Below are positions 28,322-38,292 of a stretch of 64,000 nt of DNA, one piece after another. A program made the position numbers and the translations under genes. Source of the stretch: Desulfomicrobium sp. (GTDB lineage: Bacteria > Desulfobacterota > Desulfovibrionia > Desulfovibrionales > Desulfomicrobiaceae); assembly GCA_040768745.1 (NCBI GenBank), contig JAXGMI010000001.1:1344001-1408000 (forward strand). The letters are read 5' to 3'. The notes beneath the pieces are model-generated. The model had not been told where the DNA came from. It did not search any database and worked only from the letters and a program-made list of their open reading frames with translations. Within the stretch, counting starts at the first letter, position 1. Every line of letters begins with the position of its first letter.

Positions 28322-28383
28322 TAACTTCCTCTTTTTGCCAAAATCGGCTCCCGTATCGGCAGGTACGGGGGCCGATTTTGTTT
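28322..28383 (+). ncRNA. Candidate small regulatory RNA (about 60 nt)
   Basis: Lies between the sigma54 promoter and a 17-bp hairpin (28339-28380) ending in T residues; single-stranded 5' part carries ACTTCCTCT; no ORF. Confidence 0.45.
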
Positions 28384-28811
28384 AGGCCCCTGGGACCGAA
28401 CAGGGCGCTTGTCCGCCGTCATTTTTTTCCGGCCATTTCCGGGGTCGAGGTAAAAAGCGTCGCTCCATCAAGTTCGTTATTTCATCCGGTCTGTTTTTGG
28501 CTCGGCAGGGATGCACGGGCGAACATCCGGTGGCGATTCATAGCCTTGAACCGCGGCCCGTCGCAGGTTTTCAGGGAGATGGGTCAGGTTCTTTCATGAT
28601 CAATCGCAGGCGATTGTGCAGGCCGTGAACAGCGCATCTTCCCGGGTCTTGGGGTTATGGATGATCGGTGGGGTCACGCGGTTCAAATTTTTTGATTCTG
28701 GTCCAGTCCATTGCGGCAGTTTTGCGGCTTGTCGTTTTTAGGCTTCAACTTCTGACATTTTGGTGCTAAAGATAGGGCAAAACAGTAGGCAGACAGAAAA
28801 ATGAGAGGTTC

Positions 28812-29276
28812 ATGTCCGAGAAAAAGGTGTTCAGTGCCCCGTGCCCTCATTGCAATGGAGCGATAGCTGCGCGCAATCCTTTCCCAACCGTTGACGTCGT
28901 CCTGCATCGTCCGGAATCGGGGGTATTGCTCATAGAGCGACGCAATCCCCCTTATGGCTGGGCCCTGCCGGGAGGATTTGTCGACTACGGAGAGAGCGTT
29001 GAGCACGCAGCTGTACGCGAGTGTCAAGAGGAAACCGGACTGGAGGTGAGGCTGACGGATTTGCTCGGCGTCTATTCGGATCCGGGTCGGGATCCCCGCT
29101 TTCATACGCTCAGTGTGGTCTTCACGGCAGAGGATGATCACAAAACCTGTCCGTGCGCTGGTGATGACGCAAAGAACGCGAGGTTTTTTCCGCTTGAATC
29201 GTTACCGGCTGAAATTGCCTTTGATCATCTTCGAATCATCAATGACTTTGTAAAAAAGCTGAGAAGGAGCGCATGA
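28812..29276 (+). CDS. NUDIX hydrolase
   Basis: Nudix box [32 protein letters not shown]. Confidence 0.93.
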   Translation: MSEKKVFSAPCPHCNGAIAARNPFPTVDVVLHRPESGVLLIERRNPPYGWALPGGFVDYGESVEHAAVRECQEETGLEVRLTDLLGVYSDPGRDPRFHTLSVVFTAEDDHKTCPCAGDDAKNARFFPLESLPAEIAFDHLRIINDFVKKLRRSA

Positions 29277-30739
29277 TCAAACCACCCCACGAAGTCGTTT
29301 TCTTGACCTCGGAAATCTATCCGTTTTCCAAATCCGGCGGGTTGGCCGATGTGATGGGCATACTTCCGTTGGCGCTGGCCCGACTGGGTCTGCGCGTAGC
29401 AGTGATAACTCCCTTTTATGGGCGGTTGTCCACGGGACAGTATTCCGTGCGCCTAGTCATGGAAAATTGTCCTGTTGGATATCCGTGGTTCGATACAACT
29501 GCGGACATCTATCAGGCGGATTATCACGGTGTGCCAGTGTACTTTATCGACCGGGCTGAATATTTTGATCGCCGGCAGTATTACTGTACGCACAAGGGAG
29601 ATTATTTTGACAATGGGGAGCGTTTCATCTTTTTCTGCCGTGCAGCTCTCAGCGCCATCCGCCATTTGAACATGGGTGCACGCATCGTCCATGCCCAGGA
29701 CTGGCATGCAGGCTTGGCCATGGCCTACCTGGCCTTTTGGAGGAGGACGGACCCTTATTGGGCAGGTGTGCGCACAGTCATGTCCATCCATAACCTGGCA
29801 TACCAGGGGCGGTTCTCCTATCGGCTCTTCGAGGAGTCGAACCTCCCCCTTGAGGCCTGGAACATGGAGGGCGTCGAGTTTTACAACAGTTTTAATTTAC
29901 TGAAAGCCGGCATCGCATACGCAGACAAGATAACCACGGTCAGTCCGAGTTATGCCAGGGAAATCATGACCCCGGAATTCGGCTGCGGACTGGAAGGTAT
30001 TTTGACCCGCCGCAAGAATGACCTGGTTGGGATTCTGAACGGGGCGGACTATTCCATCTGGAGTCCAGCGAACGATCCGGTTCTGGAGTGCACATACTCG
30101 GCCGTGGACCCGAGCGGCAAAAGAGCCTGCAAAATGAATCTGCTGCGCGTCATGGGGTTGAGTGACGTCCTGCTGGATCGCCCCATATTCGGATTCATCG
30201 GGCGGCTGCGCGAGCAGAAGGGCATCGACATCGTGCTGGAGATCATTCCCGAATTGATGAAGCTTGATGTGGGCCTGGTCGTTCTGGGAGAGGGGGGGGC
30301 TGAGTTCGAATCGGCCCTGTTGGCCATTATGGAGGACTATCTGGGTCGGATTGAGGCTATCATCGGCTATACCGAGGAGATGTCGCACGTCATTCAGGCC
30401 GGGACGGACATCTTCCTCATGCCTTCCCGCTACGAACCTTGCGGCTTGACCCAGATGTACAGCCTCAGTTACGGGACACCCCCCGTGGCCACGGCCGTAG
30501 GGGGGCTGCGGGACACAATCATCCCCTATCCGCAACCTGGGGCCAACGGCTTCGTGTTTTCGGACATTACTTCTGAATCCCTGCTCAACAGCGCACGGCA
30601 GGCCGTACAGGTCTGGGAGGACAGGGAGACATGGCAAAGAATTGTGGTCAATGCCATGGAGGCTAATTTTTCATGGGAAAAGTCGGGGCATCAATACATT
30701 GATGTATACAGGTCCCTGCACAAAGATATTCTAATCTAA
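29273..30739 (+). CDS. glgA: Glycogen synthase
   Basis: [41 protein letters not shown]. Confidence 0.96.
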   Translation: MIKPPHEVVFLTSEIYPFSKSGGLADVMGILPLALARLGLRVAVITPFYGRLSTGQYSVRLVMENCPVGYPWFDTTADIYQADYHGVPVYFIDRAEYFDRRQYYCTHKGDYFDNGERFIFFCRAALSAIRHLNMGARIVHAQDWHAGLAMAYLAFWRRTDPYWAGVRTVMSIHNLAYQGRFSYRLFEESNLPLEAWNMEGVEFYNSFNLLKAGIAYADKITTVSPSYAREIMTPEFGCGLEGILTRRKNDLVGILNGADYSIWSPANDPVLECTYSAVDPSGKRACKMNLLRVMGLSDVLLDRPIFGFIGRLREQKGIDIVLEIIPELMKLDVGLVVLGEGGAEFESALLAIMEDYLGRIEAIIGYTEEMSHVIQAGTDIFLMPSRYEPCGLTQMYSLSYGTPPVATAVGGLRDTIIPYPQPGANGFVFSDITSESLLNSARQAVQVWEDRETWQRIVVNAMEANFSWEKSGHQYIDVYRSLHKDILI

Positions 30740-30751
30740 AAGGAGGGCGAT

Positions 30752-31060
30752 ATGAGCATAGAAAAAAAATATTTGAAGTCGAAGAATATCTGCAAGACGA
30801 CGTTTATCATTTCACCGGAAGAATCTGGTGGGGCAAAAACTGCCTTTTTGGTCGGCGAATTCAACGAGTGGTCCATGCATTCCATGCCCATGAAGCGGTT
30901 GAAAAATGGGTCATTCAAACTTGTTGTAGATTTACCTGTGGGCAATTCCTACCAGTTTCGCTACTTGCTCGATGATGACCGCTGGGAAAATGATTGGAGC
31001 GCCGACAACTACTGCTACAGTGAATACGGAAATTGCGAGAATTCCGTTGTGCACATCTAG
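30752..31060 (+). CDS. Glycogen-binding (isoamylase early set / CBM48-like) domain protein
   Basis: LVGEFNEW, YQFRYLLD..RWEND..AD; adjacent to glgA. Confidence 0.85.
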   Translation: MSIEKKYLKSKNICKTTFIISPEESGGAKTAFLVGEFNEWSMHSMPMKRLKNGSFKLVVDLPVGNSYQFRYLLDDDRWENDWSADNYCYSEYGNCENSVVHI

Positions 31061-31289
31061 ACTGTAGGACCATCCGCTTCTCGATTATCGTTTATGCGTT
31101 GCTTTTTGAACGCAAACCAAGTAATTTTCTGGCCTGTTTGGCCACTTCGCAAGCGAAGTGGCCGCAAAAAGTCCGCGACCCTCTTGCGCGATCAACATCC
31201 ACCTTGTGGCCGTCATGGGAAACAGGTCAAAAAGTGATTTTGCGTGGGGCGGCTTTTTGCATCCTCACATTCACCCCAAGGAGCTCGTC

Positions 31290-31850
31290 ATGGACCCGCA
31301 CCAGCCCGCCTACAAGGATATTGCACCCCGTCTGCGGGGGCTCCGGGACGCCATGGATCTTACGGTGGAGGATATGGCCGCGCAAATCGGTGTTTCTGCC
31401 GCGGATGTCCTCAAGTATGAATCTGGCGAAAGCGAAATCCCGGTCAGTTATCTCTTCACAGTAGCTCAGGTTTTTCAGGTGGACCTGACCGTACTCATCT
31501 CCGGCAAGGAAGCCCATCTGCATACCGCCTCGCTGGTCCGCAACGGCAAGGGCATGAGCGTCGAGCGTCGCAAGGATTACGACTACAAAAGTCTGGCCTA
31601 CCGGTTCGTGGGGCGCAGGATGGAGCCCTTTATTGTCAACGTTCCGCCAAAGGCCAAGGAGGCTTTGACCTTCAACGAACATCCAGGTCAGGAGTTCATT
31701 TATATGCTCAAGGGCAGGCTTGAGATCACCCTTGGCGGAACAGAATATGTCATGGAGCCCGGGGATAGCCTTTATTTCACTTCGCGTACTCCCCACGCCC
31801 TGCGAGGGTTGGATGGCCAGTCGGCCGAGTTTCTGGACGTGATTATTTAG
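31290..31850 (+). CDS. XRE-family transcriptional regulator with cupin domain
   Basis: N-terminal HTH (RLRGLR...YESGE), C-terminal HPGQEFIY...GDSLYF...PH; AAGGAG RBS. Confidence 0.92.
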   Translation: MDPHQPAYKDIAPRLRGLRDAMDLTVEDMAAQIGVSAADVLKYESGESEIPVSYLFTVAQVFQVDLTVLISGKEAHLHTASLVRNGKGMSVERRKDYDYKSLAYRFVGRRMEPFIVNVPPKAKEALTFNEHPGQEFIYMLKGRLEITLGGTEYVMEPGDSLYFTSRTPHALRGLDGQSAEFLDVII

Positions 31851-31923
31851 GGGACCGGGCATTCCGTCTGGTTCCCGCAGCAGAAGACATCCAGAGTTTC
31901 AAACCAGCTTCACGGAGTACTCC

Positions 31924-33564
31924 ATGCATACGAAATTGCGTCCCGATTCTTACGAAGAATTCCTGGCAACGTTTCATCTCGATATCCCGGAGAAATATAA
32001 TTTTGCCTTTGACATGGTCGACGCCATGGCTGCCAAAGAGCCCGACCGTCTGGCCATGGTCCATGTGGATGATGCCGGCATTCGCCGCGAGTTCGGTTTC
32101 TCCTATTTTTCCGAGGAATCCAGCCGCCTGGCCAACGCCTTAAAGGGGTTGGGCATTGGACGCGGCGACAAGGTCATGATCATCCTGCACCGCAGGGTGG
32201 AGTTCTGGACCACCATGCTCGCCCTGCATAAACTGGGTGCTTTGGGCGTTCCCTCTCCGGCACTTTTGACATCCAAGGATATCATTTACAGGGTCAACTT
32301 CGCTTCCATCAAGGCCGCAATTGTGGATTCTGGCGTGCGGGCCACGCTAGAGGCGGCCCAGCCCGAGTGCCCTTCCTTGAGCCTGATTGTGCTGGCCGGA
32401 TTGGAACACTCAGCCAATGGTTGGCACAGTTTTTCCGAAATAACCTCCCAGGCCTCTTCGTCCTTCCCGCGGCCGGATGATGCAGCGTGCGGCGAGGACC
32501 CTGCGACCATCTATTTCTCCTCGGGAACCACCGGGCATCCCAAGATGGTGCTGCACAACTTCAACTATCCTTTCGGGCACATCGTGACCGGTTCCTACTG
32601 GCATGACATCGAGCCCGGCAACCTGCACCTCACGTTGGCCGACACAGGCTGGGCCAAGTCTGTGTGGGGCAAGCTTTACGGGCAGTGGCTGGCAGGAGGG
32701 GTTGTCTTTGTCTGGGATTTCCGGGGCAAGTTCGAGCCTGCCAGGCTCTTGCAGGTCATGGCCGAGCACAAGGTGACCAATTTCTGCGCGCCGCCGACTG
32801 TCTACCGTTTCTTGGTCCGCGAGGATCTGTCCAAGTACGACCTGTCGGCCTTGCGGCATTGCACGACAGCTGGAGAACTTCTGAACGAAAGCGTGTTCGA
32901 GACATGGTTGGAGAAGCTCGGCATACCCATCTATGAGGCTTACGGGCAGACAGAAACCACGGTACAGATCGCGAATTTCTCGTTCATGACGCCCAAACCT
33001 GGATCCATCGGCAAGCCGTGTCCGGGATGGGACATTGCACTTCTGGATGAGAACGATGACCCATGTCCTCCAGGTGTCGAAGGCGAGATCTGCATCCGCA
33101 TCGACCCAAAGCGACCGGTGGGGCTTTTTTCCTGTTACCTGCTGGACGAGGCCAAGACCGCCAGCGTCATGCGTGGAGGCTACTACCGCACAGGGGATAA
33201 GGCCTGGGTAGACGAGGATGGGTATTTCTGGTTTTTGGGTCGCATCGACGATTTGATCAAAAGTTCTGGCTACCGGATTGGGCCTTTCGAGGTCGAGAGC
33301 GCCCTGGTCTCCCACCCCGCGGTGGTGGAGGCCGCCGTGACCGGGGTGCCTGACCCTGACCGCGGGCAGGCCGTCAAGGCCACGGTCATGCTCGCCCAGG
33401 GCTATGAGCCATCGGCGGAACTGACCAAAGAGTTACAGAATCACGTCAAAAGGGTCACCGCACCCTACAAGTATCCTCGCATCATCGATTACGTGAAGGA
33501 ATTGCCAAAGACCATCAGTGGAAAGATCAAACGGGCCGAGATTCGGGCCAAAGACCAAGCCTAA
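31924..33564 (+). CDS. Acyl-CoA synthetase (AMP-binding)
   Basis: YFSSGTTGHPK, YGQTET, YRTGD, IKSSGYRIGPFEVE, PKTISGKI. Confidence 0.94.
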   Translation: MHTKLRPDSYEEFLATFHLDIPEKYNFAFDMVDAMAAKEPDRLAMVHVDDAGIRREFGFSYFSEESSRLANALKGLGIGRGDKVMIILHRRVEFWTTMLALHKLGALGVPSPALLTSKDIIYRVNFASIKAAIVDSGVRATLEAAQPECPSLSLIVLAGLEHSANGWHSFSEITSQASSSFPRPDDAACGEDPATIYFSSGTTGHPKMVLHNFNYPFGHIVTGSYWHDIEPGNLHLTLADTGWAKSVWGKLYGQWLAGGVVFVWDFRGKFEPARLLQVMAEHKVTNFCAPPTVYRFLVREDLSKYDLSALRHCTTAGELLNESVFETWLEKLGIPIYEAYGQTETTVQIANFSFMTPKPGSIGKPCPGWDIALLDENDDPCPPGVEGEICIRIDPKRPVGLFSCYLLDEAKTASVMRGGYYRTGDKAWVDEDGYFWFLGRIDDLIKSSGYRIGPFEVESALVSHPAVVEAAVTGVPDPDRGQAVKATVMLAQGYEPSAELTKELQNHVKRVTAPYKYPRIIDYVKELPKTISGKIKRAEIRAKDQA

Positions 33565-33575
33565 GGTTTGCACCG

Positions 33576-33620
33576 CCTTCTCTCTGAAGGGCTCCCGTGG
33601 GGAGACCCTTCAGAGGGAGG
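33576..33620 (+). terminator. Hairpin downstream of the acyl-CoA synthetase
   Basis: CTCTGAAGGG...CCCTTCAGAG inverted repeat; no clear U tract. Confidence 0.45.
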
Positions 33621-33869
33621 ACTCCCTTCTGACCCACCTCCGAATTTCGACACGTGCATGCACACCAGGGTGAAAGGCCGTTGGGAGTCTTGCGCGCTCT
33701 TCGTTGTCATGGTGTATACTGAACGGCAGGGGGACACAGGATAGCCCCTGACAATTGGTGTAGACGATGGCAAGCGTCCGTGTTAGGAACGGCTTGGCCT
33801 GAGCGTACTTGTATATAACTATTTGATTTCAAAATATTTATTTTTAGATAAAATCCTGAGGAGGTCGCT

Positions 33870-33968
33870 GTGCTCGGAGATTTGGGAAAAAAACTGGTGT
33901 TGGGATTGGTCGTGGCCGCTTGTGTGGTCGGCATGCACGCCGCGGTCGTGTCTTCAGCTGTGGGATAG
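33870..33968 (+). CDS. Small hydrophobic protein (32 aa)
   Basis: AGGAGG RBS, GTG start, MLGDLGKKLVLGLVVAACVVGMHAAVVSSAVG*; own terminator downstream. Confidence 0.55.
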   Translation: MLGDLGKKLVLGLVVAACVVGMHAAVVSSAVG

Positions 33969-34006
33969 CCCGGTCCAGTCATTCCTTTTTTCGGAAAGAT
34001 TTTATG

Positions 34007-34035
34007 GCCCCGCGCAGCAATGCGCGGGGCTTTTT
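34007..34035 (+). terminator. Intrinsic terminator
   Basis: GCCCCGCGCA-GCAA-TGCGCGGGGC-TTTTT. Confidence 0.8.
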
Positions 34036-34059
34036 GGTGCAGTGAGATCGCAGGATGCC

Positions 34060-34316
34060 GGGCTTTGTCCCGCCCCTCGCCCGTGCGTGCGACCATTTCC
34101 AGGATGGGGAGCCGGTGAGGGCCGAGAGGCGGGTCGTGCCGATGGTCACGCCCTTGCGGGGGACCTCGCCCAGCATGTTCAGGGCGATGCTGACCGGGGT
34201 GCCGGGCACAGGCCCATGTCGCGGATGCGGCGCCCCAACTTCCCCGTCGCGCTGACGGAGAGGATGGTTCCGGACTGGTTTTCCTCCATGTGTCTGAGAG
34301 GCATGGAGAGAAACAT
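34060..34316 (-). pseudogene. feoA 5' fragment fused to an internal feoB fragment (deletion remnant)
   Basis: AGGAGG then MFLSMPLRHMEENQSGTILSVSATGKLGRRIRDMGL/(frameshift)VPGTPVSI (FeoA-like), then ALNMLGEVPRKGVTIGTTRLSALTG/(frameshift)LPILEMVARTGEG (FeoB G4/G5-like). Confidence 0.7.
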
Positions 34317-34400
34317 GGGGCCTCCTAAGTTAGGAATTTCTAATTATGTATGCAAAAAAATGACCTCTTCAACGAGAGGCTGTTTGTCGTGAGGCTGCGG

Positions 34401-34562
34401 TCAGCCTTTGCGGGATGGACAAGAGTCGCCGGGCCTGGGCTGGATTTCACCGGAGCAGCCAGAACAGCCGCAGCAACCGCTGCTCTTCCTCCGGAACCGT
34501 GAGACCAGGTATACCCCTGCGACGAGTATGACGCCGATGGTGACGAGAAGGTCGAGATTCAT
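34401..34562 (-). CDS. FeoB-associated Cys-rich small membrane protein (53 aa)
   Basis: MNLDLLVTIGVILVAGVYLVSRFRRKSSGCCGCSGCSG...C; GGAG RBS; directly upstream of the feoA remnant. Below the ORF-track cutoff. Confidence 0.8.
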   Translation of the reverse strand: MNLDLLVTIGVILVAGVYLVSRFRRKSSGCCGCSGCSGEIQPRPGDSCPSRKG

Positions 34563-34751
34563 GGTGGCTCCATAAAAAATTTGAGTTGATAAACTTTTTA
34601 TGTAGTCATGAATGGGGAAGTCAACAAAAAAGTTAGTCGTACTGAAAAATGGTGTATGGCATTTTCAGGACTCTATGGGGGTGGGCGGCGTGCGGAGGAC
34701 GTCAGCTCGGATTGGTGGGGACTAGACCCGCAGCGGCGAGGGCACGCGGTT

Positions 34752-34885
34752 CGTCATTCCCGCGCAGACGGGGTTCCATGCCTTTTTCCTTTTGAGAGCC
34801 ATGGATCCCGTCTTCACGGGGATGACGCGGAAAAGTGGCGGACGCGCGATTCATCATTCCCGTGCAGGAAGGAATCCATGCCTTT
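34752..34885. repeat. REP-like palindrome cluster, copy 2
   Basis: CGTCATTCCCGCGCAGACGGGGTTCCATGCC, an inverted partner ATGGATCCCGTCTTCACGGGGATGACG, and a third unit TCATTCCCGTGCAGGAAGGAATCCATGCC. Confidence 0.7.
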
Positions 34886-34913
34886 CCGCGTTCTCGCTGC
34901 AATTTCACGTGAT

Positions 34914-35252
34914 TTAAGGCTTGATGTAGGCGCAGCCTTGCTGCTGCAATTCGATCAAAGCCACCACCCCCGCCGGAACGACAGCGCACCCTGGAACTAT
35001 TCCGTCCTCAGGTATATTGAAAGCCCGGAGGGCGTTGCGGCACAGAAAGACCGTCACCCCAGATCGCATCAGAGACGACATCCTGGACATGGACTCTTCA
35101 TGTTGCCCCAGGCGGAAAAAATTCACCGCAGGGCCGTTGACCAGAAAGTGGATGCGTGCGTCAGGTCTGGCTTTGCGCAGGTTTTCCATGTTTGTCAGGG
35201 CCATATTCAGGATTTTTTCTTCATCCCAGTCCAGGTGGAAGACGACTTTCAT
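34914..35252 (-). CDS. DsrE-family protein
   Basis: MKVVFH, NGPAV, CRNAL, VPAGVVALIELQQQG.AYIKP. Confidence 0.88.
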   Translation of the reverse strand: MKVVFHLDWDEEKILNMALTNMENLRKARPDARIHFLVNGPAVNFFRLGQHEESMSRMSSLMRSGVTVFLCRNALRAFNIPEDGIVPGCAVVPAGVVALIELQQQGCAYIKP

Positions 35253-35300
35253 TCTTTTTCCTCAATGCGTTGTTGATCAGGGTGGATTTATGATGTCGGG

Positions 35301-36035
35301 TCAGGGACGCAGGCCAAGATGGCGTAAATTGCCCTCGTGGACGCGGGCAGAAAAAGTGGGCATGTCCGCTGGCATGGGGATTGGTTCCCCTTTCCGCAGT
35401 CCGTCCAGGTAGGCAATGGTGGAGTCCAGGATTTCCATGCCTCCGGTCGGACCATGGGAGGGGATGATTCTGCGCACCCCGGGATGCTCGCGCCATCGTT
35501 CCAGGCTTCTGATCCACAGACCCAGCTCGCATTCCTGGGGTACGCAGGGGCAGGGCAACTCGAGAGTGTCGCCGGCCAGCAGAAGCTTGAGGCTCGGCAC
35601 AAAGGCCACAATGGAATCCTTGGTGTGGCCGGGCAGATGATGCAGGCTTACCAGGAGATTGCCGAGTTCAATGTCAAGGTGTCTGTCAAAGGTGATGGAG
35701 GGCGCAATGAGCTGCAGACCTTTCCATTTGTCGGGGTCTTTCGCCTGGAACTTGTCCAGCGTTGCGGGAACATCGGTTTCAAAACGGGCCGCGCATGCGC
35801 GATGCCCAACGACCAGGCCATGGCTCAAAGCCATGGTGCCGAAGACATGATCCCAGTCCGCGTGGCTGTACACGACGAAGCATGTGCGGTCGGAGCAGGC
35901 CTGGGCAAAGGCAATCATGTCGTCCGGATGACTCAGGGTGTCCCACACCAGGTCGAAGCGGCTGCCCCGCAGGAGCACGCTGCGAACTGAAAAATCCCCG
36001 GTATTGACTTCGTGGATAGTGCAGGCCTGATACAT
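35301..36035 (-). CDS. Metallo-beta-lactamase fold hydrolase
   Basis: SHADWDH, PGHT, AGD, PSHG. Confidence 0.9.
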   Translation of the reverse strand: MYQACTIHEVNTGDFSVRSVLLRGSRFDLVWDTLSHPDDMIAFAQACSDRTCFVVYSHADWDHVFGTMALSHGLVVGHRACAARFETDVPATLDKFQAKDPDKWKGLQLIAPSITFDRHLDIELGNLLVSLHHLPGHTKDSIVAFVPSLKLLLAGDTLELPCPCVPQECELGLWIRSLERWREHPGVRRIIPSHGPTGGMEILDSTIAYLDGLRKGEPIPMPADMPTFSARVHEGNLRHLGLRP

Positions 36036-36170
36036 ATTTTTTTCCTAGGTTATTTTGAGGGATCAGAAAAGAAAAAAAATGCTTTCGCGCATCATCACGA
36101 ATAATGCTGCCTGAGGAAAGAAAAGGTCACGGCAGCGCTGGTATTCTGCAGGACAGGGACACGGCGAAAT

Positions 36171-36992
36171 ATGGCGAATATGAAGCATGGTCGTGCGCTT
36201 TGGGAACGACTCTTGGATCGGCTGCAGATTCTTGGCCGCTTCACACTGGGCTATTCCGGAGGGATCGATAGCCGGTTTCTGGCTCACGCCGCCATACACG
36301 CTCGAGTTCCGGTAGAGCTCGTGCACGGCACTGGCCCGCACATCGCCCCTGACGAAACAGCGTATGCCGCGCGTTGGGCAGAAGGTCGGAAACTTCCGCT
36401 CAGGCTGCTGTACATTGATCCATTGCAGCTGCCGGCAGTGGCACAGGGTGGCAAGGGTCGCTGTTATGTCTGCAAAAGGCACTTGTTTGAGCAAATGGCC
36501 GCCGTGACCATTGGCCCGTTCTGTGATGGGTCCAATGCCTCAGACGCCAGCCTGTTCCGCCCTGGTCAACAGGCCTTGCGGGAGTTCGGGATACATTCAC
36601 CCCTGGCCGAGGCCGGGCTGGACAAGCCCTGGATCAGGGATCTGGCCAGGCTGACGGGTTTGGAGCATCCGGGTCAACAGGCCCGGGCCTGCCTCCTCAC
36701 CCGGCTGCCCTATGGTGTTCCGCCCACGCAGGATGTGCTTTCGTCCTTGGCCCGGGGAGAGCATCTGATAGGGAACGCGCTGGCCGTCGAGGGTCTGGCC
36801 GAGACACCATTCCGCCTGCGGCTAGGCAACGCTGGCCATTACGAGCTGCATGTGGAAACCCCTTCGCTTTCCTCAGGGTTGCGGGAGGTTCTGGGCAAGG
36901 CCCTAACTGAGGCTGGATTTCATGGCGTGGACATATTGGCAATGGCCACGGTGAGCGGATATTTCGACCAACAGGGAAAAGGCGACCCATAG
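36171..36992 (+). CDS. LarE-like PP-loop ATP-dependent sulfur transferase
   Basis: SGGIDS, RCYVCK, DGSNASD...RPG, SPLAE.GL.K..IR, ACLLTRLPYG. Confidence 0.8.
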   Translation: MANMKHGRALWERLLDRLQILGRFTLGYSGGIDSRFLAHAAIHARVPVELVHGTGPHIAPDETAYAARWAEGRKLPLRLLYIDPLQLPAVAQGGKGRCYVCKRHLFEQMAAVTIGPFCDGSNASDASLFRPGQQALREFGIHSPLAEAGLDKPWIRDLARLTGLEHPGQQARACLLTRLPYGVPPTQDVLSSLARGEHLIGNALAVEGLAETPFRLRLGNAGHYELHVETPSLSSGLREVLGKALTEAGFHGVDILAMATVSGYFDQQGKGDP

Positions 36993-37092
36993 GGAGATTT
37001 TTCGGCCTTGCAGCGATGCTTGCTTCTGTCGCTCTCAGCTCTGCTGCACCGGCGAGTCTACGGTATCGGGCCGCATGGATCTGTCCGTATCC

Positions 37093-38067
37093 CTACAGCC
37101 ACCGATTGCGTTTGAACAGCCACACGATGCCGGCCACGACCACGACCATGCCCAGGCAGAAGGCGGCAAAGCCCAAGGGGCTGTCTGCGCCTGGGATTCC
37201 GCCAACATTGATGCCGAATAGCCCCGTCAAAAAACCAAGCGGCAAAAAAATCACGGTCACCACGGAAAGCAGAAACATGCGTTGGTTCAGCTGTTCGGAT
37301 ACATGATTGACGAGTTCTTCGTGTGCCAGGGCCGCCCGTTCGCGCATGGCGTCCAGGTCTTCAATGTGGCGAATGAGCGCATCAGCTGTTTCGCGGATGC
37401 GAAAATGGTCATCGGTGCTCATCCAAGGGACGCGTTCCGTGACCAGGCGTGACAGGGCTTCGCGTTGCGGTCCGAGATAGCGGCGCAGTGCGATGGCCTG
37501 TCGGCGTAAATCCGCCAGTATGTGTCTGGCCCGGGTCCCGCGTTGTTCGAAGATTTGCTCCTCCACCTCGGCCATCTGGTCCTCCAATTCTTCTATGACA
37601 GATCCGATATTGCCTGTCATGAGAGACAGCAGCATGACCAGGAATTCTCCGGTACTGCATGGACCAAGACCTTTGCCGAGCAGTGACTGGATTTCCTTGA
37701 TGCATTTGAGCTGACGCATGCGGGTGGAAATGACGTAGCCGTCCTCTATCCACAGCCGAAGGGAGACCATATCCTCGGGCTCAGCCCCGGGATTCAGGTT
37801 CACGTCGCGCAGCGTCAAAAACAGACCGTTGCCGTGATGCAGCACCCTGGGCCGGCTCTCTTCGTCCAGCAGGGCCTGGGCCAAGGGCTTGTCCAGGAAG
37901 TTGGCGTGCGGGAGCCACTCCTGTACGTCCGGATCGGCGTATGACAGATGGATCCAGAGAATTGGGTTCGGAGCGGGAAGCGGTTCCCCAATTCGCCAGG
38001 GCATGGTCTCACCCCGCCCGGCCCCGTCCAGGAGCCAGACCGTATTGGGAAGGAAGGATTCAGGCAT
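37093..38067 (-). CDS. zntB: CorA/ZntB-family divalent cation transporter
   Basis: LRDVNLNPGAEPEDMVSLRLW, FLPLGFLTGLFGINVGGIPG (GIN signature). Confidence 0.88.
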   Translation of the reverse strand: MPESFLPNTVWLLDGAGRGETMPWRIGEPLPAPNPILWIHLSYADPDVQEWLPHANFLDKPLAQALLDEESRPRVLHHGNGLFLTLRDVNLNPGAEPEDMVSLRLWIEDGYVISTRMRQLKCIKEIQSLLGKGLGPCSTGEFLVMLLSLMTGNIGSVIEELEDQMAEVEEQIFEQRGTRARHILADLRRQAIALRRYLGPQREALSRLVTERVPWMSTDDHFRIRETADALIRHIEDLDAMRERAALAHEELVNHVSEQLNQRMFLLSVVTVIFLPLGFLTGLFGINVGGIPGADSPLGFAAFCLGMVVVVAGIVWLFKRNRWL

Positions 38068-38292
38068 AGGGCAGGAATTTCCGGCTGCGGGACAGGATGG
38101 CAAAGGCAGGAGCGTAAAAATATGGGCGCATTGGCTGATCCTTCTCTACATTATACTAAACAGATAGCACGTGTTCTAACTGGGACACAAGGGCGGCCTC
38201 GGGATGCAGACTCGAAGGGATCCCCTTCTTTGTCAGAGCTGCGGAATGAGGGATGTATGACGCTTTCCAAGGTCGCGTGCGTTCCGAAACGG

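Noticed and set aside
28378..29141. ORFs 28378-28599 (+) and 28683-29141 (-)
   Set aside because: No RBS or motifs; the second is antisense to the NUDIX gene.
33707..34392. ORF-track entries 33707-34096, 33823-34392 and 33979-34209 as real genes
   Set aside because: Better explained by the small ORF at 33870, its terminator and the frameshifted feo remnant.
34570..34610. Fur box upstream of the feo-associated peptide
   Set aside because: AT-rich and plausible from context, but the palindrome is too weak to call by eye.
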